Assembly: GCA_963695345.1 (NCBI GenBank)
Contig: OY968769.1
Span: forward strand, 2,336,001-2,400,000
Source of the DNA: an uncultured Methanomassiliicoccales archaeon
GTDB taxonomy: Archaea; Thermoplasmatota; Thermoplasmata; Methanomassiliicoccales; UBA472
Length of the DNA: 64,000 nucleotides
Direction of reading: 5' to 3'
The translations under genes were made by a program, and so were the position numbers. This document shows, piece by piece, positions 30,076 through 38,921 of the stretch. Within the stretch, counting starts at the first letter, position 1; each line of letters opens with the position of its first letter. A model generated the notes under the pieces. That model saw nothing but the letters and a program-made list of their open reading frames with translations. It was not told where the DNA came from and searched no databases.

Positions 30076-30749
30076 AACCGGTCATCTTCCTGGGAATGAG
30101 CCTGCCTCTGGACGAGGCCAGAAAGATCCTTGACGCCGACTACCGTCCGCCCATCAGAAGAGGTGACCTGCCCCGGCTGGACGAAAGGACCCGGTGGGTC
30201 GGGATCATAGATGGGGTTTTCATGAACGACTGTTCGGTAGGTCACCGAGAGATCATTGCCCTGCTGAAGAGAGGGGTGACGGTGGTCGGAGGAGGCAGCA
30301 TGGGCGCGCTGAGGGCGTCCGAGCTGGGAGACCTCGGGATGATCGGGGTCGGCAGGGTCTATGAGATGTATCTCAATGGCGAGATCGAGGGCGATGATGA
30401 AGTGGCGATCATATTCAATCCGGAGACGAACGATCCCCTGTCAGAACCGCTCGTGAATATCCGCGCGACGCTGGCACTCGCCGTGGAAAGAGGGGTGCTG
30501 GAGGCGGACGCATCGAACCAGATTCTGGAAAAGGTCCGGGCGGAATACTTCCCTAGGCGTTCAATCCCGAGAACGGTCGAGCTAGCAAGGGAAATCTTGG
30601 ACCATCGAACGTTCAAGGATTTTACTGAATTCGTAAACATTTCAACGGTAGACCTCAAAAGAAGGGATGCTATCGCCGTATTGCAGAAAATCGAGAAAAT
30701 CCGAAAAAACGCAATCCTCGAAAAATCCGAAAAAACGAAAATTTCGTAA
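30072..30749 (+). CDS. tfuA: TfuA McrA thioamidation partner
   Basis: PPIRRGDL, IIDGVF, SMGALRASEL, DDEVA, SEPLVNIR, DLKRRDA motifs. Confidence 0.92.
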   Translation: MKPVIFLGMSLPLDEARKILDADYRPPIRRGDLPRLDERTRWVGIIDGVFMNDCSVGHREIIALLKRGVTVVGGGSMGALRASELGDLGMIGVGRVYEMYLNGEIEGDDEVAIIFNPETNDPLSEPLVNIRATLALAVERGVLEADASNQILEKVRAEYFPRRSIPRTVELAREILDHRTFKDFTEFVNISTVDLKRRDAIAVLQKIEKIRKNAILEKSEKTKIS

Positions 30750-30852
30750 AAATCGAAACCTCCGTCAACACCTTAAAAACCAAAAAAATTAACGCCGTTA
30801 ATGTTCATCATCTGACCATCTGGATGATGTTTTTGCGTTTACCGTCGTTTAG

Positions 30853-30890
30853 GATGGATGGATTCTCCATCCATCATCAAGCTTAAATCA
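30853..30890 (+). promoter_or_regulatory. mcr promoter: 10-bp perfect inverted repeat GATGGATGGA-TTC-TCCATCCATC directly upstream of a TATA-like TTAAAT
   Basis: Inverted repeat 30853-30875; TATA-like element 30883-30888; GGAGG RBS before mcrB. Confidence 0.6.
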
Positions 30891-30986
30891 TATTTGCTGA
30901 TACTATACCCTCGCAAGGGGAGCCGATTTTCACTAGATTGATGCAAATCTCTTGTGAAAATTGAGTTATTAAAAAGGAGGTAAAAC

Positions 30987-32318
30987 ATGGCAAAGTACAA
31001 GGACAAGGTGGACTTGTATGACGACAGGGGCAAGGTTATCGAAAAGCAAGTGCCCCTCGAGGCAATAAGTCCTCTATACAACCCAGCCATAAAGCGAACA
31101 GTTTCTCTAGCTAAGAGAACGATCGCGGTCGACCTAGGCGCTATTGAGAAAGGTCTCAAGACCGGCCGCGTCGGCGGCGGAGTTCTGCGCGGAAGAGAGA
31201 TGAACCTCGCGATTGTGGCAAACGCAGAGAAAATCGCAAAGAAGACCAAGGAAATCCTGAAGACCAGCAAGGATGATGACACTGAAGTCAGAACCTTGAT
31301 GGAAGGGAAGAAGATGATCGTCATCGTCCCGGAGACCAGGTTGGACGCTGGTGTAGAGTACACCACCGGATTCACCGCGGCCGCCGCAGCAGTGACGCAG
31401 GTCATCCTCGACGAGTTCGACGTTGACATGTTCCAGGCGAGCATGGTCAAGGCGGCCGTATGGGGAAGGTACCCGCAGACCATCAACTTCCAGAACTCCA
31501 ACCTGAAGTCTATTCTGGATGTCCCGCAGCTGAACGAGGGTGCTGGATACGCCCTCAGGAACATCATGGCCAACCACATTGTTGCCCTATCCGGCAAGAG
31601 CGCCATGAACGCCGCAGCACTGTCCTCGATATTCGAGCATGCCGCGTCATTCGAGATGGGCGACGCAATCGGCCCGTTCGAAAGGCAGCAGCTACTCGGT
31701 CTCGCATACCAGGGACTGAACGCCAACAACATCGTCTACGGCATAACCAAGGACAACGGCAAGACCGGAACAGTCGGTACCGTCGTCGAGTCCATCGTCG
31801 GCCGTGCGATCGAAGACAAGGTCATAAAGGTCAAGGAGAAGTTGCCGTCGGGATTCAAGATCTACACAACCAACGACTTCCCGCTGTGGAACGCATATGC
31901 CGCCGCAGGAATGCTCGCCGCAATCATGGTCAACATCGGTGCCGCAAGAGCATCCCAGGGTATCCCGTCAACCATCCTATACTACAACGACCTGCTTGAG
32001 CATGAGACCAGCCTGCCCGGTGTGGACTATGGCCGATCGATGGGTACGTCCGTCGGTATGTCATTCTTCTCGCACTCGATCTATGGTGGCGGCGGCCCCG
32101 GCCTGTTCCACGGTAACCACGTCGTTACCAGGCACTCGAAGGGATTCGTCAACCCAGTGATCGCAGCCGGTTGCTGTCTTGATGCTGGAACCCAGATGTT
32201 CTCTCCGGAACACACCTCTTCACTGGTGAAGGATGTATTCGGTGACATACCTGAGTTCAAGACACCGTTGAAAGTGGTCGGCAAGGAGGCCAAGAAAATC
32301 AAGGACCTGGTGGCCTGA
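30987..32318 (+). CDS. mcrB: Methyl-coenzyme M reductase beta subunit
   Basis: [41 protein letters not shown] motifs. Confidence 0.98.
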   Translation: MAKYKDKVDLYDDRGKVIEKQVPLEAISPLYNPAIKRTVSLAKRTIAVDLGAIEKGLKTGRVGGGVLRGREMNLAIVANAEKIAKKTKEILKTSKDDDTEVRTLMEGKKMIVIVPETRLDAGVEYTTGFTAAAAAVTQVILDEFDVDMFQASMVKAAVWGRYPQTINFQNSNLKSILDVPQLNEGAGYALRNIMANHIVALSGKSAMNAAALSSIFEHAASFEMGDAIGPFERQQLLGLAYQGLNANNIVYGITKDNGKTGTVGTVVESIVGRAIEDKVIKVKEKLPSGFKIYTTNDFPLWNAYAAAGMLAAIMVNIGAARASQGIPSTILYYNDLLEHETSLPGVDYGRSMGTSVGMSFFSHSIYGGGGPGLFHGNHVVTRHSKGFVNPVIAAGCCLDAGTQMFSPEHTSSLVKDVFGDIPEFKTPLKVVGKEAKKIKDLVA

Positions 32319-32320
32319 AA

Positions 32321-32740
32321 ATGAGTTCTGCTTCCGCTTCGGAGCAAGTTCCGTTACCGGAGATCCTGATCTTCCCGGCCAGGCTCTTAAAGGCCGAGAC
32401 CACCGAGAAACTCCTCAACAGGGTCTACTCGATTCCGAACGTCAGACACATCACCGTAAGCGGAGAGAACCTTCCAGAAGTCTTGAACGCAGGTCCTGGC
32501 AAGGGACAGCCGGTCAACCACCCCGAACGCCACATCATAACCATAAAGGGGGAAGAGGTCGAGCTCAGGCTGCTCGTAGGCAGGATATTTGTCGAGATCA
32601 ATGATATCGACAATGTGCCCAAGGCAATGGAGGATATCGAAGAGGTTTGCAAGGAATTGCTGCCTTTCGGATTCAACCTCGAAGTGGGGCGGTACTCAAA
32701 ATTCAGACCAACAGTCACCGACTACAAGAAGAACAGGTGA
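32321..32740 (+). CDS. mcrD: MCR operon protein D
   Basis: [32 protein letters not shown]; located between mcrB and mcrG. Confidence 0.93.
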   Translation: MSSASASEQVPLPEILIFPARLLKAETTEKLLNRVYSIPNVRHITVSGENLPEVLNAGPGKGQPVNHPERHIITIKGEEVELRLLVGRIFVEINDIDNVPKAMEDIEEVCKELLPFGFNLEVGRYSKFRPTVTDYKKNR

Positions 32741-32745
32741 TTCAC

Positions 32746-33522
32746 ATGGCAAAGTACGAAAGACAATTCTATCCAGGTATGACTGTGCCGGCGAAGAACA
32801 GGCGCAGGTTCATCGACCCGAGCAAGAAGCTCGAAAAGCTTCGCGATGTCGCGATGGATGACGTAGTCAAGATCATGGGCCACAGGGCACCGGGATCGGA
32901 CTACAGGTCAATCCACCCGCCACTGGACGAGGGCACAGAGCCCGACTGCTCAATAAGACAGATCGTCACACCGATCGAGGGAGCGAAGAAGGGAGACAGG
33001 ATCAGATATATCCAGTTCACCGACTCCGTCTATTTCGCCCCGGCCATCCCGTACCTCAGGGCCCAGATGTACATGTCCAGGCTCCGTGGGATCGATACCG
33101 GTACCCTGTCCGGCAGACAGATCATCGAAATGAGAGAGAGGGACCTCGAGAAGGTAGCAAAGGAGTACATCGACAACGAGACCTTCGACCCGGCCAGGAC
33201 TGGTATCCGTGGCGCAACTGTGCACGGACACGCATGCAGGCTGGACGAGAACGGGCTCATGTTCGACGCGTGGCAGAGATACAGGTTCAACGCCAAGACC
33301 GGAATGGTCGAGTACGTCAAGGACCAGGTCGCTATCCCGTTGGACAAGCCGATCTCCGTCGGCAAGCCGATGGACGAGAAGTGGCTCAAGGCGCACACCA
33401 CGATGTTCCGCGCGGACGATGTGGACATGAGGGCTGACCCAGAGGTCATGGCCCAGAACCTGAGGCTACACACACTTAGGACCCTGTGCGGCTACAAGCC
33501 GTTCGATGTCAAGGGGGAGTAA
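32746..33522 (+). CDS. mcrG: Methyl-coenzyme M reductase gamma subunit
   Basis: [41 protein letters not shown] motifs. Confidence 0.98.
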   Translation: MAKYERQFYPGMTVPAKNRRRFIDPSKKLEKLRDVAMDDVVKIMGHRAPGSDYRSIHPPLDEGTEPDCSIRQIVTPIEGAKKGDRIRYIQFTDSVYFAPAIPYLRAQMYMSRLRGIDTGTLSGRQIIEMRERDLEKVAKEYIDNETFDPARTGIRGATVHGHACRLDENGLMFDAWQRYRFNAKTGMVEYVKDQVAIPLDKPISVGKPMDEKWLKAHTTMFRADDVDMRADPEVMAQNLRLHTLRTLCGYKPFDVKGE

Positions 33523-33525
33523 ACA

Positions 33526-35190
33526 ATGGCAAAGGAAAAGGAGAAGCTGTTCATGGCCGCCATGAAGAAGAAGTTCAAGGAGGACCCGACCGACGTCAAC
33601 ACCACTTACTACTCCTTCGGCGGCTGGAAGCAGTCCAAGAGGAAGAGGGAATGGGTCGAGCAGGCGAACAAGATCGCCAAAGAGCGCGGCATCCCGATGA
33701 TGAACCAAGACATCGGTGTCCCGATGGGACAGCGTGTCTTGATGCCGTACCAGCTCTCCCACACCGACATGTACGCTGAGGCAGATGACCTGCACTTCGT
33801 CAACAACGCCGCTATGCAGCAGGCCTGGGACGATATCAGGAGGACCGTAATATCCGGTCTGGACACCGCCCACAACGTCATCGAGAAGAGACTGCAGAAG
33901 GAAGTTACCCCAGAGACCATCAACCACTACCTGGAGACCGTCAACCACGCAATGCCTGGTGGCGCAGTCGTTCAGGAGCACATGGCAGAGTGTTCCCCGG
34001 CACTGACCGCGGACTGCTACGTGAAGGTCTTCTCCGGTGACGACGAGCTCATCGACGAGATCGACAAGCCGTACAGGATCGACGTCAACAAGGAATTCCC
34101 GGCAGACCAGGCCAAACAGCTGAAGGAAGCCGTCGGAAAGTCCCTGTGGCAGGTCATCCGTTGCCCGACCATCGTCGGAAGGGTATGCGACGGCGGTACG
34201 ATGTCCAGATGGTCTGCCATGCAGATCTCGATGTCCTTCATCAGCAGCTACAAGCTGGCTGCCGGTGAGGCTGCGATCGCAGACTTCGCGTACGCCGCGA
34301 AGCACGCGTCGGTCGTAGAGATGGGTACCATGATGCCAGCAAGGAGGGCCCGTGGCCCGAACGAGCCGGGCGGAATTCCGTTCGGATTCCTGGCAGACAT
34401 GGTCCAGTCCCAGAGGAAATACCCGGACGACCCGTGCAGGCAGGCATTGGAGACGGTTGCACTCGGTGCAGTCATCTTCGATCAGATCTACCTCGGATCG
34501 TACATGTCCGGCGGTGTCGGTTTCACACAGTACGCAACCGCAGCCTACACCGACAACATCCTCGAGGACTACACCTACTGGGCAGCTGACCTGATCAAGA
34601 CCAAGTACGGTGGACTCTGCAAGAGCAAGCCGACCATGGACCTCGTCAACAAGCTCGGAACCGAGATCAACTCCTACGCACTGGAGCAGTACGAAAGGTA
34701 CCCGGCAGCAATGGAATCCCACTTCGGTGGCTCGCAGAGAGCGACCGTTGCAGCCGCAGCAACTGGTATCGGTGTCGCGATGGCAACCGCCAACGCCAAC
34801 GCCGGTGTCAACGCATGGTACCTGTCCATGCTCCAGCACAGGGAGAGGCTCGGAAGACTCGGATTCTACGGTTACGACCTGCAGGATATGTGCGGCGCGT
34901 CCAACTCGCTGTCGTACAGGTCCGATGAGGGTCTCCCGCACGAACTCCGTGGCCCGAACTACCCCAACTACGCCATGAACGTCGGTCACCTGCCAGGTTA
35001 CGCCGGAATCGCTTCCGCCCCGCACGCCGCGAGGGGAGACGCTTTCGCCTGCAACCCGCTGATCAAGATCGCGTTCGCTGACAAGAACCTCCCGTTCGAC
35101 TTCGCCAACATCACGAAGGAGATCGGCCGCGGCGCTCTGCGCGAGTTCATGCCAGCCGGCGAGAGGTCGACCATCATACCCCCGATGTGA
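33526..35190 (+). CDS. mcrA: Methyl-coenzyme M reductase alpha subunit
   Basis: [70 protein letters not shown]. Confidence 0.99.
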   Translation: MAKEKEKLFMAAMKKKFKEDPTDVNTTYYSFGGWKQSKRKREWVEQANKIAKERGIPMMNQDIGVPMGQRVLMPYQLSHTDMYAEADDLHFVNNAAMQQAWDDIRRTVISGLDTAHNVIEKRLQKEVTPETINHYLETVNHAMPGGAVVQEHMAECSPALTADCYVKVFSGDDELIDEIDKPYRIDVNKEFPADQAKQLKEAVGKSLWQVIRCPTIVGRVCDGGTMSRWSAMQISMSFISSYKLAAGEAAIADFAYAAKHASVVEMGTMMPARRARGPNEPGGIPFGFLADMVQSQRKYPDDPCRQALETVALGAVIFDQIYLGSYMSGGVGFTQYATAAYTDNILEDYTYWAADLIKTKYGGLCKSKPTMDLVNKLGTEINSYALEQYERYPAAMESHFGGSQRATVAAAATGIGVAMATANANAGVNAWYLSMLQHRERLGRLGFYGYDLQDMCGASNSLSYRSDEGLPHELRGPNYPNYAMNVGHLPGYAGIASAPHAARGDAFACNPLIKIAFADKNLPFDFANITKEIGRGALREFMPAGERSTIIPPM

Positions 35191-35196
35191 TCCTGA

Positions 35197-35472
35197 ATGA
35201 ACGTCGGAGACTACGCCAGGTACAAGAACACCGGGACCGTCGGAAAGGTCTTGGAGGTCAAGCAAGAGGCAGGGGTCGAGTGGATTCTGCTCGACACCTA
35301 CAACCTCTACTACGACGCCACGACCCTCGAGCCGGGCTCGGCGCAGGAGTACAAGACGTTCTCCGTCAAAGAAAGGACAACCGGGCTGACGGTGGAAGAC
35401 ATCGAGGCCATGAAGGAAGAGATCGCCAAGGTTGAGCGGTATGGTTCGATCACCGCCTCCGGCGGCGGTTGA
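35197..35472 (+). CDS. DUF2098 family protein (mcr-associated)
   Basis: VGDYARYKNTGTVGKV...ASGGG; directly downstream of mcrA and followed by a T-tract near 35503. Confidence 0.75.
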   Translation: MNVGDYARYKNTGTVGKVLEVKQEAGVEWILLDTYNLYYDATTLEPGSAQEYKTFSVKERTTGLTVEDIEAMKEEIAKVERYGSITASGGG

Positions 35473-35591
35473 ACTTCCTTCCAACAAACCCTTTAACTTC
35501 CATTTTTTTATTATGTTCTTGACCGTCACTTACTGATTATCCGACACCGGTCCATGCTTGTATGGAACCAATTTTCAAAACACAATTCTGT

Positions 35592-35912
35592 TCAATGGGT
35601 GCTTTGCATAAGCCCGATGACGCCACCGATGGCGACGAGGAAACCGCCCGCACTTCCGCCCGCCACCCCGACTATGCCAACGACTATCAGGACGATCGAC
35701 CAAGTTAGTATTTCGACCTTGTTCGACCAAACCATTGCCAGGGATCCGCAGAGCAGTGAAAGTAACATTTCAACGATGAAGCCATATCCCATATGGTATC
35801 CTCCGAGCGTCGCCATGATCAAGCCATACGCCCCAAAGGCGATCATGAGGATACTTCCTGCCAAAATGAGCAAGTAGGCAACTTTCGATATCGATAGCTC
35901 TGCCACGTCCAA
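35592..35912 (-). CDS. Small membrane protein (start uncertain)
   Basis: Three to four Gly-rich hydrophobic segments. Confidence 0.5.
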   Translation of the reverse strand: MDVAELSISKVAYLLILAGSILMIAFGAYGLIMATLGGYHMGYGFIVEMLLSLLCGSLAMVWSNKVEILTWSIVLIVVGIVGVAGGSAGGFLVAIGGVIGLMQSTH

Positions 35913-35962
35913 TCCCGCACCGTCCGCGTTCCCCTTCGCGGAATGGCTATTGAACGAGAGTA

Positions 35963-36214
35963 TCACTTCTTGTTCTTTTCGAACCAATCCTGGGCTTTGG
36001 AAATGGTCCACCCTCTATCCTTGGCGAACAGATAGCTTACGACATGGGTGCCAACGTCGCACTTCTTCACATCATAATGGCCCTTCCGGCACGCCACTAT
36101 CGCCTTGATGCCTTTGCCCTCATCTATGCCGATGGTGCGGAAGGACTCCTTGTCGTAGTCGTCCGTGCTCTCATGTCCGCTCCTGATGTATTCCTTCGTC
36201 TCCTCCCAGGGCAT
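35963..36214 (-). CDS. Small hypothetical protein (MPWEET...SFRTI...GIKAIV...SYLF...GWT..KA..WF family)
   Basis: GGTGA RBS; compact conserved-looking domain. Confidence 0.65.
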   Translation of the reverse strand: MPWEETKEYIRSGHESTDDYDKESFRTIGIDEGKGIKAIVACRKGHYDVKKCDVGTHVVSYLFAKDRGWTISKAQDWFEKNKK

Positions 36215-36347
36215 ACTTATCACCGTTTTCGACTTCGAACACGGTGTACATCAAATCGCTCCTCCGAGTCGGCGGAGGTGGGGCCGATATGGTGAATAAA
36301 AATGGCCCGCCCGGGGCCTATCACCAAAAGAAGGACAATGGTTTCGT

Positions 36348-36902
36348 TCACTGGTGGGCGTCTTCGCTGTAAAAGCCGACCAGGATGGACGCCAGCTTCG
36401 GGTCGTCCTCAAGGCCATAGTTGGCCTTGATGATCATATCGCTTGGAGGCGATGGGCTGCAGGACACCACACCGGTTACACCCTTCATCGTGGTCAGTTC
36501 CGGGAAAGAGACCGGCGGCATCATCCAGTGCTCCCTCGACTTTTGGTTCTTGTCCGTGAACACGATGAAATCCTGGCAAAGGAACAGCACGTTCTGCATC
36601 TCTTTGTATTTCTTGTGCTCGCCCGGCAATACCTCGGTGCCCAGGATCTCCCCGTCGTCATCCAGCATATACACCGTCGGTTCAGGTGGCGGTCGGAAGG
36701 TGACGTCCTTGATTATGCATATGACGTGGTCCCTCTTCACTGTCTCCTCGAGACCCACATTGAAGACCTTTGTCCCCATCTGGGACTTCACGCCCCTTTC
36801 GGTGGTGAGCACTTCCTCGATATCCTTCTTGTTTAGAGGTATCACTATCCGGGTGCCCTTCATCCCCTTGATGATCTCAAGAGCCTCGTCGATCGCTGCC
36901 AT
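36348..36902 (-). CDS. Hypothetical protein, paralog of 41159-41740
   Basis: Typical codon usage; aligns by eye with 41159-41740. Confidence 0.7.
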   Translation of the reverse strand: MAAIDEALEIIKGMKGTRIVIPLNKKDIEEVLTTERGVKSQMGTKVFNVGLEETVKRDHVICIIKDVTFRPPPEPTVYMLDDDGEILGTEVLPGEHKKYKEMQNVLFLCQDFIVFTDKNQKSREHWMMPPVSFPELTTMKGVTGVVSCSPSPPSDMIIKANYGLEDDPKLASILVGFYSEDAHQ

Positions 36903-36993
36903 TATCGCGCTAATGTCTTCTCGAATAGTTTACCCTTTCCATTCAATGGCTCGAAGATGGTTATATATGCCAGTGTGGACGTTACAGAAATCC

Positions 36994-37284
36994 ATGAGTC
37001 TGGACCTCATATCGAAACAGCAGCCAGAGGTCATCGCCGCGCTCTACCGGCTCAAGGGGGCCGTTTTCAAGGAAGGGGCGCTGAGCGTAAAGGAGAAGGA
37101 ACTGATAGCCGTGGCCGTTACGGCGCTGCTCAGATGCGATGAATGTCTGTTAGTGCACGCCAACAAGGCAAAAGAAGCGGGAGCCACCAAGGACGAGCTC
37201 AGGGAGTCGCTATTGGTGGCGATGTACCTCGCCGGCCCTACCACCGTCATTTGGACGGACAAGGTCGACGAGATCATCGGGTGA
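36994..37284 (+). CDS. Carboxymuconolactone decarboxylase/AhpD-like protein
   Basis: GALSVKEKELIAVAV..LLRCDECLLVH...AKEAGAT..EL.E motif with CxxC. Confidence 0.85.
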   Translation: MSLDLISKQQPEVIAALYRLKGAVFKEGALSVKEKELIAVAVTALLRCDECLLVHANKAKEAGATKDELRESLLVAMYLAGPTTVIWTDKVDEIIG

Positions 37285-37289
37285 ATGGT

Positions 37290-37676
37290 TTAGCCTTCGA
37301 AGGACACGGACACGCTTCTTTTCAGTCCCAACCCGGTCACGACCTCCCCCGCCTTGATCATGGCCATCGGTATCGGGCATGCTGCGTGTTTCAGGTGTAT
37401 TCCGGCATGCTGATAGATTGGGTTGTTGCAGAAAGGCATCGTAATGATATCGAACATTCCGAAGAGGGGCATTTCTTCCGTCATTTTCTTGCTATAGGGG
37501 CACTGGGTTTCGATCGTGTAGGTCAGCTGCCGGTCCTCGTCCATCGTGACGCTGATACGGCTCTTGAACTGACACACTCCGGGATCGAGGGCCACTACCG
37601 TGACCGGACCCTTGGTCTTGGGGACTTCGTCCATGCCTCCAGGAATGGATGAAGGGGATAGAAATGCCTTTGGCAT
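37290..37676 (-). CDS. DUF6951-like Cys-containing protein
   Basis: DPGVC, TQCP, HAACPIP..MIKA.EV..GL pattern. Confidence 0.55.
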   Translation of the reverse strand: MPKAFLSPSSIPGGMDEVPKTKGPVTVVALDPGVCQFKSRISVTMDEDRQLTYTIETQCPYSKKMTEEMPLFGMFDIITMPFCNNPIYQHAGIHLKHAACPIPMAMIKAGEVVTGLGLKRSVSVSFEG

Positions 37677-37713
37677 CCATCCCTGGAAAGGCGGAAGGAT
37701 GCCATGGACCGGA

Positions 37714-38679
37714 TCAGGAGTTGTTCTTCCTCGTCTTGTTCAGCATCTCGAAGACCGAACCCTTGCCCACATCCAAGGTGCCAATGACGGCGATCGCTTC
37801 CTTCTTGCGCATGATGGGAACGACGACCACCGGAAGTCCGCGGAAGGGCCCGGTCGTGGCGGTCTTTCTAATGATGGTGTTCCGCTTCAACGATTCCTCC
37901 AGCAGTGGGCCGGTGAAATTGGTGTCCACCACCTCGCCCTCGTCGCACCTTACGCCATAGTGGTTCTTGCTCCTCATCGTGACCGGCAACCGGCCGAGGA
38001 GCTCATGAAGGGCAAGCGTCAGGCATTTCAGCTCATCCGCCTCGGTATCCTGGGACAGCAGGTTGGTTCCTTCGTTCCAGCACCGGCGTGATTGGTTTCC
38101 CAAGGCGAGCGCGGAGGTGACCGCGCCTTTCTCGGCCGCCTCGTAGGAGAACGCGGAACCGATGATGATCACGTCCCCGTCCTCGATCTTGAACTTGCTG
38201 CGGAGCGGGTCGACGGCCTCCTGGTCGGGAAAGTCCTCGTCCCCCGGGAATACGATCTTCCCTTCCTTGACGATCAGCGTGGTAGCTCCGACCGCTCCCG
38301 CCCTGACCGCCTCATCGCGCTGCTCACAACCGGTCTTGATCCTGTGGGACATCCCCTTCACAAGCACCGCACAGTTGTGTTTGCCGAGGGTGAGGTCGGA
38401 CATGTCCACCGACGCCACCTCCACCCCGGAGGTTTCCAGTTTCTTACGTCCCCGGTCGGTGATGACCGTTCCCATCCTGGTGTTCTCCACCGAACCCTCG
38501 CGGACCATCTTGTCCAATATGGTCCTGATGCTGCCTTCACCTATCTGGAGCGCATCGGCCAAGGCCTTTCGCCCTATCGGCCCCTGGCTGTCAATGACCT
38601 GATAGGCCTTCCAAATGTGGAAGAGACTGAATTTCGGTGTCGGGCCCCCGGCAAAATAAGAGTTGAACGCCAATGACAT
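37714..38679 (-). CDS. Putative transcription regulator: wHTH plus DUF4443 plus DUF2111
   Basis: GPIGRKALADALQIGEGSIRTIL HTH; QRDEAVRAGAVGA (DUF4443-like); ALHELLGRLPVTMRS..GVR..G.VVD.NFTGPLLE (DUF2111-like). Confidence 0.72.
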   Translation of the reverse strand: MSLAFNSYFAGGPTPKFSLFHIWKAYQVIDSQGPIGRKALADALQIGEGSIRTILDKMVREGSVENTRMGTVITDRGRKKLETSGVEVASVDMSDLTLGKHNCAVLVKGMSHRIKTGCEQRDEAVRAGAVGATTLIVKEGKIVFPGDEDFPDQEAVDPLRSKFKIEDGDVIIIGSAFSYEAAEKGAVTSALALGNQSRRCWNEGTNLLSQDTEADELKCLTLALHELLGRLPVTMRSKNHYGVRCDEGEVVDTNFTGPLLEESLKRNTIIRKTATTGPFRGLPVVVVPIMRKKEAIAVIGTLDVGKGSVFEMLNKTRKNNS

Positions 38680-38680
38680 T

Positions 38681-38738
38681 ATGGATGGATATATAATCCA
38701 TCCATTTAAACTTTTTATTAAACGGGCACCAGATGGTC
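38681..38738 (-). promoter_or_regulatory. Promoter of the wHTH-DUF2111 gene with perfect palindrome ATGGATGGAT-ATATA-ATCCATCCAT between TATA and start codon
   Basis: Inverted repeat 38681-38705; TTTAATAA on the minus strand from 38722; GACCATCTGG box 38738-38729. Confidence 0.6.
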
Positions 38739-38921
38739 CTATCCGCCTGCTCGCAGGATGCAATCATCGTTCCTCTTTGTCGACATTACATCGCAAGATA
38801 GATGATACTGTTACTAGATACCCTCATGCGTCTAGTCTTGTTGCCGATAGTTAACGAACTTAACGATAATTGACCATCTGGAGCAAGTATATTAAGGCCG
38901 TTTAATCATCCGGGAGAGAAT

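Noticed and set aside
28857-30749. ycaO-tfuA as a thioamitide RiPP cluster
   Set aside because: It is adjacent to mcr and matches the known McrA thioglycine system; no precursor peptide nearby
30853-30875. NrpR nitrogen operator
   Set aside because: NrpR sites are GGAA-N6-TTCC; this motif is TGGA-N7-TCCA
33466-35529. 687-aa antisense ORF over mcrA, and similar long ORFs at 23847-25511 and 51310-53130
   Set aside because: Shadow ORFs caused by strong codon bias of the real genes on the opposite strand; no recognisable motifs
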